This document shows, one piece after another, positions 62,097 to 64,000 of a stretch of DNA of 64,000 nt (position 1 is its first letter; every line of letters begins with the position of its first letter). The notes below the pieces were generated by a model. That model saw only the letters and a list, made by a program, of their open reading frames with translations. It did no database searches and had not been told where the DNA came from. Location: NCBI GenBank assembly GCA_965200545.1, contig CBDAUJ010000003.1:60196-124195 (forward strand). The letters run 5' to 3'. The position numbers and the translations under genes were made by a program. The stretch comes from Arenicellales bacterium (GTDB lineage: Bacteria > Pseudomonadota > Gammaproteobacteria > Arenicellales > JAJDZL01).

Positions 62097-63520
62097 TTAC
62101 CGAGAAATACCGAAGTGTCTTTTCATTTGTGGTGTTTTCGCCGAAGATCTTTCAGGAAGTCCACCAATGAGAATTTAGAAAACACATCGAAACATGTCTG
62201 AAATTGTCTCCATTGTTAAGGCTTCTGCTTGCGCCGCAGGCAACATTGGACGTACATCTGACAAAAAGTGGGGATTCGCGAGTTTATTGAACATGCGCTC
62301 TTGAGCTTACACTCGAGAAATGCTTAGGCTGGAGAGTCTAGCCCGCATATCTCACCAAAAACAGAAAAAGGGCTTCTCTTTTTTCTACTAATCATAATTT
62401 TATCAGTCAGATAAAAGAAAAAAACAGAAGAAACCCATGTCTGCGCAGTGTACTCAATCCACGATCGATTTTCAAGACTTTTTCAACCGCAAGGTCTCCG
62501 TCAGATTCGACGGCGGCGGCATCCTGCTGGCGCTGCTGTGCGGCAAGGCCGATATCCGCGGCGAGCCGCACCCGCGCGACCCAGGGCAAGCCGCTGGCCG
62601 GCTCTAGCACGCTGAACCGCCTGGAGCTCGGTCGGCCGGAGCAGGCCAGGCAGGACCGCTGTCGCCGGATTGTCGCCGACCCCAAGGTCATGGACCGCCT
62701 GCTCGTGTATCTTTTCATCGAAGCGCACACCGAGTCGCCGGTGGAGATCTGGCTGGATGCGGACACCACCGACGATCCGGTCCACGGCAATCAGGAGCTG
62801 CGGTTCTATCACGGCTGCTGTCGCACCCGGGACTCGCGTTCGCGCACCCGCCAGGTGATTGCCAAGGCCGAGGCGCTGCCCGACCCCCGCTCCAGCGCGC
62901 CGGGGGGCGGTGAAGGACAATGCGCGCTTTGCCGTGACGAATCTGCCGCGGTCGATGACCGCGTCGATCCGGTCGGTTTGCGAGCAGCAGTACTGCGCCC
63001 GCGGCGAGAGCGAGAACCGCATCAAGGAGCAGCAGATGAATCTGTTTGCCGACCGCACCCGCTGCCATGCACAGTGCACGCCAAGGCCCAGTGCGGGAAG
63101 ATCCGGGTTCGGTTTCTGAAAGTCGTAGCGGCGGCGCGGCTGAGAATGACGCTGGCTTGAGCCGGCGCCCTCGCAGGCAGGATTTGAGGTTCGGTCGGCC
63201 AAAGGCCGATGCGCGTCCGCACACCGGCCAAAGCGCCCGGATTTCGCAAACAATGCGGAAATCATCCAGATTCATCCGATCTGCCCGGCACCGGAGATTC
63301 TCAGCCGGCGAATTTCGGCATCTGCAGCCCCGATTCGGGCGATAATCGGAAAAATGAAAACACTGGTGAGATATGCGGGCTAAATACATTTGATGCTGCA
63401 TTCCGTGTATTGTTTAACTTATGCATTAATGCATAAGCCTTTAGATCGAAATCGCTTTGTCATGAAGCAGCTTTTGAAAGGTTAGTTTTTGCGTTTCGAC
63501 TCGACAATCCACTACGAATA
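62097..63520 (-). pseudogene. Second degenerate AbiEii-like gene, interrupted by IS1380
   Basis: Minus-strand fragments SISRV*AQERMFNKLANPTF and DVRPMLPAAQAEALT...KTPQMKRHFG (62097-62341). Eroded LLHDK/DFDL/YL fragments lie on the other side of the IS. Confidence 0.5.
62342..63379 (+). mobile_element. IS1380-family element, internally deleted
   Basis: Inverted repeats CCCGCATATCTCACCA / TGGTGAGATATGCGGG, flanked by CTAG and CTAA. Transposase fragments VRFDGG, STLNRLEL, LDAD.TDDPVHGNQE, RFAVTNL and YCARGESENRIKEQQ. Confidence 0.9.
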
Positions 63521-63808
63521 TTATCAGAATTGACGAGCGTGATTTTGCTCTCAATCTGATCGGGTTGTCCAGGCAAAAAATTCCACAAAAATCCGTCTGC
63601 AGGCGTGTTTGTTTGACAATTCAGAATGAGCCGAAGTCCTGTCGATGGTATTTGCCTAATTTGCTCCAGTTACCGCGGAACTCCTTTATAGCGGTTGTAA
63701 AAATTCTGCGAATTTGCGAATCATCAGATCGCGTGTGCAACGGTTTATTCCTGCAAATTATTGCACAATTCCATTCATGATTGGGATACAATGAAAACCT
63801 TTAATTTT

Positions 63809-63882
63809 GCACATGGAAACTCTCGGTTTGCCAAGGGTGCCATTCACTTGGTTGGCGAACAGATCCATGGTTGACATAACCC
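63809..63882 (+). ncRNA. t44 RNA (rpsB leader, S2 autoregulatory element)
   Basis: Outer stem CATGGA/TCCATG, inner stem GTTTGCCAA/TTGGCGAAC, GGGTG bulge and CATAACCC just upstream of the rpsB RBS. Confidence 0.75.
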
Positions 63883-63899
63883 GAATGGAGATTCATAAA

Positions 63900-64000
63900 A
63901 TGTCTGACGTTACTATGCGCCAGCTGCTTGAGGCGGGCGTACATTTCGGTCACCAGACGCGCTTTTGGTGCCCGAAAATGAAACCGTATATTTACGGGCA
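63900..64000 (+). CDS. rpsB: 30S ribosomal protein S2 (3' partial)
   Basis: [33 protein letters not shown]; not in the ORF track. Confidence 0.97.
   Translation, partial: MSDVTMRQLLEAGVHFGHQTRFWCPKMKPYIYG

Overview
A 64-kb piece of a proteobacterial chromosome, most likely gammaproteobacterial judging by gene order (uvrA / yajR-like MFS-ssb; rpsF-rpsR-rplI-dnaB-alr; dapD-glnD-map / rpsB with a t44 leader). Other content: aceE, a sarcosine-oxidase-like alpha/gamma pair, a split corrinoid methyltransferase cluster (B12-binding, pterin-binding, ASKHA reactivase), a GnnA/GnnB-like pair, an RND pump whose two genes are separated, and tRNA-Ala(CGC). The conserved blocks are interrupted by accessory DNA and pseudogenes, which suggests a host-associated genome in flux (inference). 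Main highlights: (1) a fully delimited IS1595-family element (38006-40796; terminal inverted repeats, 8-bp target duplication) carrying a DNA methyltransferase fused to a GIY-YIG/T5orf172 nuclease plus two small ORFs; (2) a tandem, mosaic array of three Uma2 nucleases; (3) two paralogues of an unrecognised secreted Cys/Tyr-rich protein. There are also decayed TnpB-like, ISNCY-like, IS1380, AbiEii, Phd-VapC, autotransporter and ATPase genes. No CRISPR array or rRNA was seen. All family calls come from motif recognition by eye, not database searches, and single-base frameshifts could be sequencing errors.
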